Source: a virus
DNA: 64,000 bases
IMG/VR virus record: IMGVR_UViG_3300033757_000225
Location: 42-64,041 of that record
Strand: one strand, 5' to 3'
The position numbers and the translations under genes were made by a program. Of this stretch, positions 1-10,281 are shown in pieces. The notes beneath the pieces were generated by a model. That model searched no databases. It saw only the letters and a list, made by a program, of their open reading frames with translations, and was not told the DNA's origin. The stretch's first letter is position 1, and every line of letters starts with the position of its first letter.

Positions 1-2505
1 GGCCTGCTTGATGGGCAGGGCGTTCATGGTAGGCTCTGGAGCCCGTGCCGGCTGCGGCGTCTCAGGCTGCTTGGGCATGATGACGTTCGCAGTAGGCTCT
101 TGTTGAGGCATATTAGCCGCTTTTACCGCCTCTGGAGTATTTTCCGGCTTAATCTCCGATATCGGCTTAACCGCCTGCGCAGGAGGAGCTCCAGGTGCAT
201 TTTCAAGTAGTTTGGGTAGCCCATCCTTAAAACTTTTCCATTCATCAGGCGATATCGTGTTATCTCTGAGATATACCCCCATAGCATTATTGATCTGTGT
301 AAGGGCATATTCCCAAAATGCCTGTATAGCTCTATCCTTATCTTGAGGAGTCGCTTTCTTATTCTCAATCGCCCTATCCCATCCACGCTTGTAAACTTCA
401 GCTTGCACGGCAAGGTTTTCAAATATACTTTTCGTTTCTGGATATTCCCCAGGCATTGCCGCATAGGATGCAAATGTTTCTGCTCCAGGATATTTTTTTT
501 GCCAATCTTTAAGCGGTATATCACTGAAGAAGCCTTTAATTTGCGACGGGAATGGATTTCCCCATTTTTTTAAGGCCGCATCAACATCTTTTACGCCTTC
601 TGTTTTTTTCCATTCATTTTGAGCAAGATATCGATAAATACCAGGAAGATCATTCACGGTTGTTTTCCCAGTAAATAGGCTACTCAATATGCCGGAATTA
701 CGCAAAGCCAGTTTATCGGCATCAGGCAAGGTTTTGAAATAATCAATAATCGCCATTGCAGCATCAGCATTGTCGTTAATCGTATTCGGGCCTTCCCCGT
801 TTATCCCTTTATCGGTTCCACCGAATACATCTTTCGTCAGGGCTGTTTTAAGTACACCCTCCGCTACACCGACTGCGCCTGCATTTTTCGAAGTGTCACC
901 AGCCTTCGGAGTGTATATCGATTTCAAAGTATCGCCAATTTGATCCTGATATCGCTTTGTCGCCTTGTCTCCAACAAGCGCCCCAAGAATCCCATTGAGC
1001 GTATTCATCACCGCTTCTTTTGCGGGGAGCACCGCCGATCCAGCATTGGCAATTTCAGTTCTAATTTGTTGCAAGCTCGCCTGCAAACGCTGTTCTGCGG
1101 AATCAGTGCTTTTAGGATTCTCCAATACCGCTTTTACCGTCTGGAATTGCCCTTTACTATATGCGGTAACTATATCATTTGCCGCAGTATAGTTGACGCC
1201 AAATGCCATGCGAACGGCTTCCGTCAGATTCGCAACTGATCCGCCAGCGACTTGGGTTTTGAGAATGTTCATTGTCTCATTAAAGATTTCCTGTGTCAGT
1301 CCACCTTCACGAGCTCTTTGAACAGCGAGATATCCTTCGTCGTTGACATTCCCATATTTTTTATACTCAGCCCAATTCCCTGTTTGATTATTCTGAAAAT
1401 TATTGGCAGCGGCCCTTTCGAGTACACGCCTCGTCGCCTGGTATCGGATCACATCGTATTCCGAATCCAGAGTGGCTTGGGTGAATTGCTGATTCATTTG
1501 CTCATATCGGCGAGCTCCTAGTTCGCCTTGCCAAAGTGGAGAGCCCCTGCCTAAAAGAGCAACAAAATTCTGCGTTCTTGATATCTCGTCGAATCCTTTA
1601 ACCACGCCGCGCGATAAGCCTTCTTCGAAAATGCGCAACGTTGCACGCAGGTATTCTTGATATTGCGCTTGTTCGAGCCCCTGTGCCTTTGTTCCGCCCA
1701 GCGTATAGGCCAGTGCATTATTGCCAAGACGATACCGCTGTGCCAACGCTTCAGCTTGCATGAGCATTTCACGATCAGCACCGGTTCCTTTTTCAAACGC
1801 AAAGACTCGTTCTGCTGCACCATAGACATTCTGCGCACGTGTTCCAGCTTTTGCGAGACTGGCGATAAGGCTCATGCCTTCTTCGGCAGAATATCCGAAT
1901 TTATTCGCTGCATTTGCCGCACGGTTGAAACTCTCAAGGAATGCCGCACTATTGCTCTTGTATTCCCCTGTAAGATTTCCCAACAGCGCCGTTAGATTCA
2001 TCGCCTGCGGCGCCATCTTCTCCCATTGTTCAGAGAGCTTGTTTGCCGCCACCCCAAGTCCAACGAATGCCGCACCAACACCAAGGGCGGCCATGGCGCC
2101 CCCGCTCAAACCAAGCATCTCTGCAAGGCCTTGGCCGCCTTTCGCTACCCCTCCCGCCATATTCAATGCAGCACCTGCTGCATCTCCAGCCCCCGCAGAC
2201 GAAATAACAGAAGGAGCCTTGCTTATTACTTTCGTAGCGGTTTCAATAATGCGCATCGGCGCTGGTTCTGCTTTTTGCGGTGTGCTTGCAGGTTTTGCGG
2301 CTGTTTCCGCTTCCCCTATACCGAGAACCTTGGCATATTTTTCCATTGCCGATGCGTAATTAAGCGCAGCCTGGTCATTTCCTGCGACGGTTGCTCTTTG
2401 TATGGCATTTGCGAGCGAAGAATAGGCGCGTTCGGCGGCATTTGCATTTGCAATCGTGTCGCCGACTTCGAGACGCATCCTTAATCCAACATCTTGTAAA
2501 CTCAT
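1..2505 (-). CDS. Tail tape measure protein (3' end beyond window)
   Basis: Manually translated frame open from ATG at 2505 (ATGA overlap with the upstream stop) to the window edge, 835 codons, Ala/Gly-rich helical; follows sheath-tube-chaperone genes. Missing from the ORF track because there is no stop in the window. Confidence 0.85.
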   Translation of the reverse strand, partial: MSLQDVGLRMRLEVGDTIANANAAERAYSSLANAIQRATVAGNDQAALNYASAMEKYAKVLGIGEAETAAKPASTPQKAEPAPMRIIETATKVISKAPSVISSAGAGDAAGAALNMAGGVAKGGQGLAEMLGLSGGAMAALGVGAAFVGLGVAANKLSEQWEKMAPQAMNLTALLGNLTGEYKSNSAAFLESFNRAANAANKFGYSAEEGMSLIASLAKAGTRAQNVYGAAERVFAFEKGTGADREMLMQAEALAQRYRLGNNALAYTLGGTKAQGLEQAQYQEYLRATLRIFEEGLSRGVVKGFDEISRTQNFVALLGRGSPLWQGELGARRYEQMNQQFTQATLDSEYDVIRYQATRRVLERAAANNFQNNQTGNWAEYKKYGNVNDEGYLAVQRAREGGLTQEIFNETMNILKTQVAGGSVANLTEAVRMAFGVNYTAANDIVTAYSKGQFQTVKAVLENPKSTDSAEQRLQASLQQIRTEIANAGSAVLPAKEAVMNTLNGILGALVGDKATKRYQDQIGDTLKSIYTPKAGDTSKNAGAVGVAEGVLKTALTKDVFGGTDKGINGEGPNTINDNADAAMAIIDYFKTLPDADKLALRNSGILSSLFTGKTTVNDLPGIYRYLAQNEWKKTEGVKDVDAALKKWGNPFPSQIKGFFSDIPLKDWQKKYPGAETFASYAAMPGEYPETKSIFENLAVQAEVYKRGWDRAIENKKATPQDKDRAIQAFWEYALTQINNAMGVYLRDNTISPDEWKSFKDGLPKLLENAPGAPPAQAVKPISEIKPENTPEAVKAANMPQQEPTANVIMPKQPETPQPARAPEPTMNALPIKQA

Positions 2506-2825
2506 GTTTCGAAGGACCTCTTTATGGCTTCCGCCTCTTCTGGGCTATAACCAAGCGCCATTATCTCATCAATCTCAAACTTTGGCTTCGATGCACGCTC
2601 TCTCCACGCCCGTCTGATAGCCTCTTCGTCGTACATTACCCAATAATTAAACAGTACCCGTATTTGCTCATCGTGAAGGCTTTTTGCTCGCGGGTCTGTT
2701 GGCAATACCCGAAAATGCTCCATCATCCACAGGCGCATGAGTATCGCTTGATTGAGATTCTCCAGCGATTTTGCCTGTAGAAGATTGTCGAATTTTATCG
2801 CGTATGTTTTGGCGAAAGGAATCAA
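2502..2825 (-). CDS. Tail assembly chaperone, frameshift (T) part
   Basis: RLWMMEHFRVLPTDPR motif typical of SPO1/Twort-like pre-tape-measure genes; lies in the +1 frame relative to 2668..3213. Confidence 0.75.
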   Translation of the reverse strand: MIPFAKTYAIKFDNLLQAKSLENLNQAILMRLWMMEHFRVLPTDPRAKSLHDEQIRVLFNYWVMYDEEAIRRAWRERASKPKFEIDEIMALGYSPEEAEAIKRSFET

Positions 2826-3213
2826 ACTGGCTATAAAGATCAGCGATCAGATCTTCGTCGGGGCAGTCCTCCCATGTCCACCCCTGCTTGCCATTTTTCG
2901 CTTCCCGCCACCAATCTGGCCCATCAAGAACCACCACATCAAGCGTCGAATAAATTTCGTTGTTGTAGAAAGCTGTAAAATCAAACGCATTTGCGGGAAC
3001 ACCGCCTCGGCGCATCGCTTTAAGCTGATCAATTTTGAGGCGGTCATTCCCCAGAGGAAATTTTACCTTGAATTCCCCGCGCGAAGTATTGATGATCTTG
3101 GTGATAGCTTTCCCTGCCAACAGAAGCGCAAACAAGTCGGCATCATCCGCCTGTGCGTCGGCCGTACCAACCTGCTCACGCTTAGGAACATCTTCGATTG
3201 TGAAGTCATTCAT
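2668..3213 (-). CDS. Tail assembly chaperone (G)
   Basis: Position between tube and tape measure; RBS AAGGA upstream; acidic helical protein. Confidence 0.8.
   Translation of the reverse strand: MNDFTIEDVPKREQVGTADAQADDADLFALLLAGKAITKIINTSRGEFKVKFPLGNDRLKIDQLKAMRRGGVPANAFDFTAFYNNEIYSTLDVVVLDGPDWWREAKNGKQGWTWEDCPDEDLIADLYSQFDSFRQNIRDKIRQSSTGKIAGESQSSDTHAPVDDGAFSGIANRPASKKPSR
2812..2820 (-). other. Candidate +1 ribosomal frameshift site TCC TTT CGC
   Basis: In-frame in the G gene; a +1 slip TTT->TTC enters the 2502..2825 frame (F-AKTYAIKF). Confidence 0.65.
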
Positions 3214-3230
3214 GTGCTATTCCTTATATC

Positions 3231-3713
3231 TCATTCCGCGACTCTTTCGAGCGCCCAGAGTTGCACATTTCCACGTGCGTACGCATTCCCCTGGATGCTC
3301 ATTCCAGCTGACGCAACGACCGCACCAGAGAATTGCGCTAGAACCGTATCTTCTTTTGCATTGTAAAAATCTACATATGCAAACTTCGCACCATCTTCCA
3401 ATGCAGTCGCACGGGTCGGAGTGAGCTCATGTATTTCATATTCATAACTATTCACGGGAGTATCATAGGATTCCATTTTCCCCTTCGCGGGAATAAATGA
3501 TCCAATCGTGATTTCGCATGAGTAATCCCCTGGATCAATCGAGACGGGGCCTAGATGTCCAATCACATTTGCCTTTTGCAGCTGGAAATTTTCCGTATAG
3601 GACACATCGGAAGCCAATCCAATAACTATCTCTGGTGATTCGGTATCAATACCAACGCGCATGAGCACGTTCGAGCCAGCCGCAACAATTTGTTTAGTAA
3701 TATTGTTCGTCAT
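3231..3713 (-). CDS. Tail tube protein
   Basis: 160 aa directly after the sheath; VIGHLGPVSIDPGDYSCEITIG pattern typical of SPO1-like tubes. Confidence 0.8.
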   Translation of the reverse strand: MTNNITKQIVAAGSNVLMRVGIDTESPEIVIGLASDVSYTENFQLQKANVIGHLGPVSIDPGDYSCEITIGSFIPAKGKMESYDTPVNSYEYEIHELTPTRATALEDGAKFAYVDFYNAKEDTVLAQFSGAVVASAGMSIQGNAYARGNVQLWALERVAE

Positions 3714-3723
3714 GCTTTACCTC

Positions 3724-5457
3724 CTAGATAGCAACGGATTCAAGCGAACCATAATAGTGCTGATTCGCGGTGATGAAGAAGAAGTTCTGTGGAGCGGTCA
3801 AGTTGGTGTGATACTCGATATATGTTGCGCTCCCCACCTGTTTAACCACCAAACCCCATGCCTTGCGCTTCTGATCATCCATGACGATGAGCCCCTGATT
3901 AAACCATGCATTGACTTTCGCCCAGAAAATAGACGAGATGGTGCCAGTAGCGCCAGTTACACCTGGCTTTCCAACCTGTGTAGCCACCGCATCACGCAGA
4001 TCGCGCGCCATGAAATTCGCTTCGCGCTTCATCGAACGCTCGCAGCGCTGGAGCTCATTCCCTTGGTAGGTGGTGACGGCACGGATCGTTGCCAGCCTGT
4101 TATCCTGGCTCTTGGCACCCGCGATAACGCCAGACTGAATAAGCTTCACCAAGTCACTTTTCTTCAGGTCTACTTCCCATGCAAGTACGTCAACGCTTTT
4201 GTTTGTAAGCGGATTGTTGACCGCAAGCGCGACTTCTTGCCCGATCAATTTTGCGGCGTACATTGCTGGTGAATAAGTGACTACCTTGGTTGGATTCAGC
4301 ACATCATAATGCTTAAATCCAGGATACGCCAACGAGCCAGTATCGGTTGCGAGATTCTTCGCCCTCGTGCACGCCTCATCTACCGTTTCGCCCGCTGCGC
4401 CACCGACAAGGAACATCCTCTCTTTTCTGCCTTCAACGCTCGACATGAGAATGCAGTGATTGCGGATGAGCATGTGTACCGCCTCATCAGTCGATGGGGT
4501 TCCTACAATGCTCACCTCTTCGGTTTCAAGCTTTTCAAGGCTTGCGCTGTATTCGGTAACCGTGCATGCACCATGAGTGGCACCAGAGAAATAAATCCAG
4601 TCCGAATCATTGTCCGGCACATCTCTTGTTGCAGCACCACTGTAATACGTCGCGGTATCAACATATGGAACCGTGTTGAGCGCATCGATGAGAGCCTGAA
4701 GGTTGCTGTAGGCGGTATAGGCCGCTGTCTTGATATCGGCGCTGGTAACGCTGTCGAGATTATCCGAGCGTTCGGACAGGTTCGGAGTGAGCGCCACACA
4801 AGTATACTTCGGGTTATCGTTGATATAATTCACGATATCACCGATTGTATCGAAGCTCGCAAAATCAACAGACAGGTTCTCACCCGTTGCCCCTGTTACG
4901 GTTGTCGTCAGCGCAGTTTTGCTGATTGACATAGTGCAGGCAGAGCCAGTTCCGATATACTGAATCTGGAATGACTTGCGGATGATATTATCGATTGATC
5001 CTTCGTTACCCGCAAAGCTGTAGGCTATCTTCTTCGATCCCGACTGCGTGCCAGCCGTGATTTTCATTTTGAGCTGATTTGCGTGCAATCCATAATCCCA
5101 GCTCTTGATAGTTACCATTGGATTTGCGCCTTTGTTGAGTATCCTCTGTGATTGCGTACCAGGATTTACGCGCATTGCCCCGATATACTGCGGGATAAAA
5201 TCTCCTCCAGGCGAAAACGCATGAAGCACGGCTTCAAGCAGTGGCCCGCCGCGGAGCTTATCGATAGCTTCCGAAGGGCTGAAAAAGAAGTAAAGCGTAT
5301 TTGGCTTCCCGCCGTCCGACTCACCAATGAATACCGCACGGTTTGCCGATGTTCCGCCGCCCTCCCCGTTTACATAATTGATCCTGCTATACGAACCAGG
5401 AATGTAATGCTCGGTTCTTTGTCCAGCCGATTCAAATGCAACACTTGAAACTCCCAT
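3724..5457 (-). CDS. Tail sheath protein
   Basis: 577 aa; N-terminal FIGESDGGKPNT..F.SPSEA..LRGGPLLEAVLHAF matches SPO1/Twort-like sheaths. Confidence 0.92.
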   Translation of the reverse strand: MGVSSVAFESAGQRTEHYIPGSYSRINYVNGEGGGTSANRAVFIGESDGGKPNTLYFFFSPSEAIDKLRGGPLLEAVLHAFSPGGDFIPQYIGAMRVNPGTQSQRILNKGANPMVTIKSWDYGLHANQLKMKITAGTQSGSKKIAYSFAGNEGSIDNIIRKSFQIQYIGTGSACTMSISKTALTTTVTGATGENLSVDFASFDTIGDIVNYINDNPKYTCVALTPNLSERSDNLDSVTSADIKTAAYTAYSNLQALIDALNTVPYVDTATYYSGAATRDVPDNDSDWIYFSGATHGACTVTEYSASLEKLETEEVSIVGTPSTDEAVHMLIRNHCILMSSVEGRKERMFLVGGAAGETVDEACTRAKNLATDTGSLAYPGFKHYDVLNPTKVVTYSPAMYAAKLIGQEVALAVNNPLTNKSVDVLAWEVDLKKSDLVKLIQSGVIAGAKSQDNRLATIRAVTTYQGNELQRCERSMKREANFMARDLRDAVATQVGKPGVTGATGTISSIFWAKVNAWFNQGLIVMDDQKRKAWGLVVKQVGSATYIEYHTNLTAPQNFFFITANQHYYGSLESVAI

Positions 5458-5467
5458 TCCTTACCTC

Positions 5468-5677
5468 CTAAGCCTTCCGACTTATGATCTCTTTTGTGAT
5501 AGAATCCCATTCGGATTCAGTTTTGAGCTTTCCCCCGAACATTGAAAGGAACAAGCCGTTGAGATTGTTAGGATAATCTCTTTTCCCAAGATACCTTCGA
5601 ATATCCATTACCTGCGGCGTTGTCTCTTCCAGGGGAACTGCATCTTGCAGAATTTCATCATTGTCCTGTTTAGCCAT
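5468..5677 (-). CDS. Small virion morphogenesis protein
   Basis: 69 aa, tightly packed upstream of the sheath; W...KT..EW-type small protein. Confidence 0.65.
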   Translation of the reverse strand: MAKQDNDEILQDAVPLEETTPQVMDIRRYLGKRDYPNNLNGLFLSMFGGKLKTESEWDSITKEIISRKA

Positions 5678-6365
5678 TTACTACCTCCGCCCATACGGTT
5701 TTATTCAACTCTATCAATTCCGAGTCGAATACCGTCTGTTCGATCAAATAATCAGCATCAAAGCTGATCTGCCCACCATAGAGATTTTGCCCAAAATCAA
5801 AATTATAGTTTCCGCTTCGTTGTCCCCTTATTGTATCACCAAATATGGTGATTTCGTAAGTGCTCTGCATAGCCTTTCCCATGGGACCATGAAGAAATAA
5901 TTCAATCATTGAATATATTTCATTTTTCGCCTGAATATTTTCAGCCCAAATTTCTATACTCACATGGTCGCGTAGCTGGCCGACACTCTCAATGCCATAT
6001 AATACATTCGCACTTGCAAGATATTCCTGTATCCACGCAATAGCACCAGACGAAATTTGATATCCGCCCTTTTCAATGTCTGCAATATCATCTTTTGTGA
6101 TAGATACAAGCGATGCATTATTCAGTGCTGCAAACTCTGGAACCTTTTCATCAGATGCGGAGACAATGGTAATCGATGGGAAAAGGCTTCGCATATCGCG
6201 CCGCGAATTCTGATCCATGAGCGCCGCGAAGGGGTGCTCAAGCCCGATATGCACCTGTCCAAGTACAGGATATAGTTCATTGAATCTCGCTGCGCTGAAA
6301 TACTTCTTGAGCTCTTCGAGCAATACATCCTCTATTGATAACCCCTTATTCATAACGATAAGCAT
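5670..6365 (-). CDS. Tail completion/terminator-like protein
   Basis: 231 aa; synteny in the neck cluster; TAATG coupling with the upstream gene. Confidence 0.6.
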   Translation of the reverse strand: MLIVMNKGLSIEDVLLEELKKYFSAARFNELYPVLGQVHIGLEHPFAALMDQNSRRDMRSLFPSITIVSASDEKVPEFAALNNASLVSITKDDIADIEKGGYQISSGAIAWIQEYLASANVLYGIESVGQLRDHVSIEIWAENIQAKNEIYSMIELFLHGPMGKAMQSTYEITIFGDTIRGQRSGNYNFDFGQNLYGGQISFDADYLIEQTVFDSELIELNKTVWAEVVNG

Positions 6366-7213
6366 TACTGAACCCCCAAATCAGCTTTTAGTGCTGATTG
6401 TATGATCTCATCAAGGATGTCCCTCGTGTTGTCAGCTACACGCTGCGTTATATGCATGGCTGGCATTGCTGGCTTAATCCACGATCCTTCCGGCGATTCG
6501 GCTGATATCACGCGAAATGTAAAATATGCCGAGCTCTTTTTATTCGGTGTATCTGTTCCCATTGCCGAAAGCCCTTCAATATTGCCACCAATGCCCTTTA
6601 ACCGAGACCCCCAATACTCGGCTCCATTCTCGCCTTCATACTCAGCCCGTTGTATCTGCTCGCCCCAGAAGTTAGGCTCTGTATGGGTTTGGGGAGTCAC
6701 CATTGTTCGCACAAACTCGCCACTCTTGATCATGACGCGAAGCATAGAATAAATTTCTTCTGGGATGATGTTTCGAAAATGCCCTCCAGCTCTTGGTGTA
6801 CCCCACCTGAATGGCACAATCAAATAAGGAACCCAGCGCGGATTTTTCTTCGTGCCATGGTTCGCCACTCTTCCCTTGGTGCCATAAGGGTGCGTTGTTT
6901 TCATATCGAGCTCGCTTGTTCCATCTTCGAGGAATTTTGCTATTTGCGATTCGCTATAAATCGTATAATCAAACGGACCCGATTGTTTGACCTTGATCGA
7001 ACGTGCATATCCCCCTGTAGGATGCTGTATTCTATAGGGTGATCCAGGTATTGGCTCTCCGTTCGCGTATCCCTTCCATGTCGCTTGCAACACCCTTGAA
7101 GCTGTCTTAAATGCTTCTTTTGTTGCAGGCATGCTGCCAGCGCCAATCAGTTTCAGGCGCGCCTGCAAGATGGCAAGTAAATCATTTTCCGGAGTAATTG
7201 ATACCTTAATCAT
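6365..7213 (-). CDS. Neck/tail completion protein
   Basis: 282 aa with EDGT..LDMK and YLIVPFRWGTP motifs seen in SPO1-like neck proteins. Confidence 0.65.
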   Translation of the reverse strand: MIKVSITPENDLLAILQARLKLIGAGSMPATKEAFKTASRVLQATWKGYANGEPIPGSPYRIQHPTGGYARSIKVKQSGPFDYTIYSESQIAKFLEDGTSELDMKTTHPYGTKGRVANHGTKKNPRWVPYLIVPFRWGTPRAGGHFRNIIPEEIYSMLRVMIKSGEFVRTMVTPQTHTEPNFWGEQIQRAEYEGENGAEYWGSRLKGIGGNIEGLSAMGTDTPNKKSSAYFTFRVISAESPEGSWIKPAMPAMHITQRVADNTRDILDEIIQSALKADLGVQ

Positions 7214-8352
7214 ATCAACTTCCTCCCCGCATAGGTCTGCAAAAGTTTCAATGCAACGCGCCTGGGGAACTGCTGATTTTCGCTTGACCGAATATTTGGA
7301 AATTCACGAATCACTCGATAGGTGGGACAATAGCGATACATAACAAAAATCGGAGCTCCGACAGGAGGCATATCGCCGAACCACTTTATTTTGTTTGTAC
7401 CCCATAGGTCGAAATTGATACCAGGATAATATTTCACCGCATTGTATTCGATATAATCAATACTCTGAATGTAATATTCAGGAATCGTGTCAAATTCATC
7501 CGGCAATCGCTCAATAATTCGCTTTCCCACCTGGCTATCGGCGAGTATGGTAATAATGTCACCCTCGCCTACTGCGGCCCAATGCGGGAATGTCATCGAG
7601 GCATCGCCCCCGACCGATTCAAGAAATTTCCAATCTGGTTCGCGCTGCTGTTGACCCACTACCGCAAACAGATACGGTTCAATATATTGCACTCCTGTTG
7701 CTAGTATGGAGTCTGTGCTATCCGGAATGACAAATCCATCCACCATCGAGTCCACGAAAATCATATTACGGCGATAAGAGACAGGTATATACTGAATAGC
7801 TTTCGTGACATTCGTAATGCCTGTGCAGGAAAGAATATCTACCGCAGTATTATTCTCATTTGCTACACCCTTATAACCAGATACAAACAAATTCGCGCGA
7901 AAGCAACCGTTGCCATCATAAGATAGTGAAACAGAATCAAGCGTTTTTATGAGGGATCGCTCAATAATAACTTGCAGCTTTTCTCCCTTGTCAGGTACTC
8001 TGAGGCCTTCTATTTTGCAATAATGTCCATATTGCGCTGCAACCTTATATTCCAAGCCCATGTAATCATAAATTCCAAGGATTTTAGCATTCTCATAGGG
8101 AATTCCGATAGAACCATCGAAATAAGCGATGGACAATGTTTCTTCTGCCGTTTTTTGCGTCTCGTATATCCAACCATCCCCTCCACATCGCGGGCAATTC
8201 ATATCGGGTCTTCCGTTCGTCATCACACAAGTGCACTTTTTTGCATGTCGCCAACGAACCCATTGCCCATGTCGTTCAATGAGCCCATCGTAGTTTTCCC
8301 GATTGAACGATAGGCGAATTGGAGCATTTTTCTGAAGCCCGTAGCCTCTCAT
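7210..8352 (-). CDS. Head closure/neck protein with Cys motif
   Basis: W..AKKCTC...GRPD.NCPRCGG.GW motif typical of SPO1-like head-completion proteins. Confidence 0.7.
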   Translation of the reverse strand: MRGYGLQKNAPIRLSFNRENYDGLIERHGQWVRWRHAKKCTCVMTNGRPDMNCPRCGGDGWIYETQKTAEETLSIAYFDGSIGIPYENAKILGIYDYMGLEYKVAAQYGHYCKIEGLRVPDKGEKLQVIIERSLIKTLDSVSLSYDGNGCFRANLFVSGYKGVANENNTAVDILSCTGITNVTKAIQYIPVSYRRNMIFVDSMVDGFVIPDSTDSILATGVQYIEPYLFAVVGQQQREPDWKFLESVGGDASMTFPHWAAVGEGDIITILADSQVGKRIIERLPDEFDTIPEYYIQSIDYIEYNAVKYYPGINFDLWGTNKIKWFGDMPPVGAPIFVMYRYCPTYRVIREFPNIRSSENQQFPRRVALKLLQTYAGRKLI

Positions 8353-8939
8353 GATAGTCTACACTCCTCATAAAAAATCGGTCTCTTATCATTCCCTATT
8401 TGCACGATTGGAAACCCTCTTCTTGTGAAACCCGCGACCTCCCCTGCTTCACCATTGATAAGTTTTACTTCGGAGCCTTTTTCAATTTTCGCCATAGCGC
8501 GCTTTCGCCTATTCAGCATCTTCACGCTTTTGTCGGTCTTCGTATTATATTCATCCTGATATTGTTCCATCATATCAGGATGTTTTCGAATCAGCTGTAA
8601 ATACCATGCCGCCTCATAATCCATTTCGATATCGATTTCTTTTGTGTCTCTGTCCCATTGATAATTCTTATACTTTGCGCTGATTCGCTTGGCAAGCACT
8701 TCATCGAATGCGGCAAACTTTTCTATCAGTGGTTTGATTTGATAGGTTTCAATGTCTCGATCTAATTGATCGAAATATCCAGTATTTTCTTTTATTTCCT
8801 TGGTATCATCAAGCTCAAATAAGCTATTTTTCTTTCCTATATCGGCTTGTTCTGGGCTAATCCAGTATGTAACTATTCTTCCGTCAGCACGTACAATTTT
8901 TTTTGGTATCAATTTCCCATAGTCTTTCGTGGCGGTCAT
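8349..8939 (-). CDS. Accessory protein with shared N-terminal cargo-like motif and C-terminal KOW/SH3-like domain
   Basis: KLIPKKIVRADGRIVTYWISP at the N-terminus; ATGA overlaps on both sides. Confidence 0.7.
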   Translation of the reverse strand: MTATKDYGKLIPKKIVRADGRIVTYWISPEQADIGKKNSLFELDDTKEIKENTGYFDQLDRDIETYQIKPLIEKFAAFDEVLAKRISAKYKNYQWDRDTKEIDIEMDYEAAWYLQLIRKHPDMMEQYQDEYNTKTDKSVKMLNRRKRAMAKIEKGSEVKLINGEAGEVAGFTRRGFPIVQIGNDKRPIFYEECRLS

Positions 8940-10054
8940 ATGCTGCCCATTACCATGATCCCAAACTTTGAACGATTCTCTTTGAGATAATTCTCTATAT
9001 CTTTCAAATAAACCTGAATGCGCGCTCCAAAATAGGCGTTTGTCGCGCTTTGCGTGGAGCTGAAGGACTCTGAGAGGCCATCCATCGAAAGCGAAGAGGA
9101 AGAAAATCCTGCAATCAAGCCATCGCCAATGATATTGAGTAGTTTGCAGGCTGCTACCTTCCCGATAATATCCCGTAGGTCATCCGGCACTTCGGCGGCG
9201 TTTTCGAATCCAACAGTATAGTCCACCTTATAACCATGAGGATAATCCCCCGCCATCCAGGATGCTCCCAAGGTCAGCGCAGATGGAATGATGCGGAACG
9301 CATTATCGCTTCCTGCTTTTGGATAGAATGAAAGCACCCCTTTACGATGGTCAATTCTGATCCAAGGAAGCAAATTGATTATCTTTTGGTCCGCAATGCC
9401 ATAGAGCTCAAATCGCTCGACGGAGATCACCGGCCTCTTGCGCAGCACCACCCTGCCCGAACGATTCCATTTGTCATGCCGATAAGTATATGGGTCTTCT
9501 GCCTCATCATAGTCAATACCCTTTTTCAGTGTATCGCTTGGCTGGCAGACAATTTTCTTTTTTGGTATCGTGATTTTCAATGCGCGTGCCATTTCATTGA
9601 CGGCGCTGTCGATTTTATATTTAACTTGCGCATCAGTAAATAAATCGCCATTCGATGCCCTAAACTCAATTCCCCAAAGATAGGTGTACCGCAGATCATC
9701 GGTCGTCAGCACATCCCCGAAACGCCCTTCAGGAACGCTATAATTCCCAAACGTCCATCCTACTCGACTAATGCCAACCTTTACCCAATCAGAATAGACG
9801 TAATCCGTAAAATTGCCATTGGCATAGCCTGCTGCACGGTATTGATAAATTCCGTCAGCTACGTCGTAATCGGTAAACCTTGGCGAGCTTAAAAGCTGCG
9901 CCCCATTATTGGAAAAAGAAGCGCCGTCCCAAACTAACCATTCTCCCGCTTCTCGTTTACGTTCAATACGGTAGGTGGGCCAAGTTAACACCTCCGTTGA
10001 CGAAGTCAAAGCCAAGATAATATCTTTATTGGCGGGGACGGCGCTCAATTCCAT
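8936..10054 (-). CDS. Head-tail adaptor/connector
   Basis: 372 aa downstream of the capsid; RPVISVER, KVDYTVGFE..P.DL, GFSSSSLSMDGLSES pattern of SPO1-like adaptors. Confidence 0.7.
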   Translation of the reverse strand: MELSAVPANKDIILALTSSTEVLTWPTYRIERKREAGEWLVWDGASFSNNGAQLLSSPRFTDYDVADGIYQYRAAGYANGNFTDYVYSDWVKVGISRVGWTFGNYSVPEGRFGDVLTTDDLRYTYLWGIEFRASNGDLFTDAQVKYKIDSAVNEMARALKITIPKKKIVCQPSDTLKKGIDYDEAEDPYTYRHDKWNRSGRVVLRKRPVISVERFELYGIADQKIINLLPWIRIDHRKGVLSFYPKAGSDNAFRIIPSALTLGASWMAGDYPHGYKVDYTVGFENAAEVPDDLRDIIGKVAACKLLNIIGDGLIAGFSSSSLSMDGLSESFSSTQSATNAYFGARIQVYLKDIENYLKENRSKFGIMVMGSI

Positions 10055-10270
10055 TTAAAACACCTCATACCCAGGGACTTGCGCAAAATATTCAATTTCC
10101 TCTTCACTTACATCCGATGCAACACCTTCGCTATCGAATACCACCGGTTTCCCGGATATTCCGAATACGACTTGCCCTTTGCGGTCTGGATTCTTAATCT
10201 TCGTAGGGGGAATATCGGGCTTTTCAATCACATCCCCCTCTTCAGATATTGCCTTTTTAGGCCGTGCCAT
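10055..10270 (-). CDS. Small virion-associated hypothetical protein
   Basis: 71 aa, RBS GGGG, in the head operon. Confidence 0.6.
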   Translation of the reverse strand: MARPKKAISEEGDVIEKPDIPPTKIKNPDRKGQVVFGISGKPVVFDSEGVASDVSEEEIEYFAQVPGYEVF

Positions 10271-10281
10271 GTTCTACCCCC

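Noticed and set aside
1874-5448. Long plus-strand ORFs over tail genes (e.g. 1874..2359, 3661..4272, 4309..4929)
   Set aside because: Antisense shadows of Ala/Gly-rich genes; no convincing promoter or RBS seen and non-globular composition, unlike 22715..22945.
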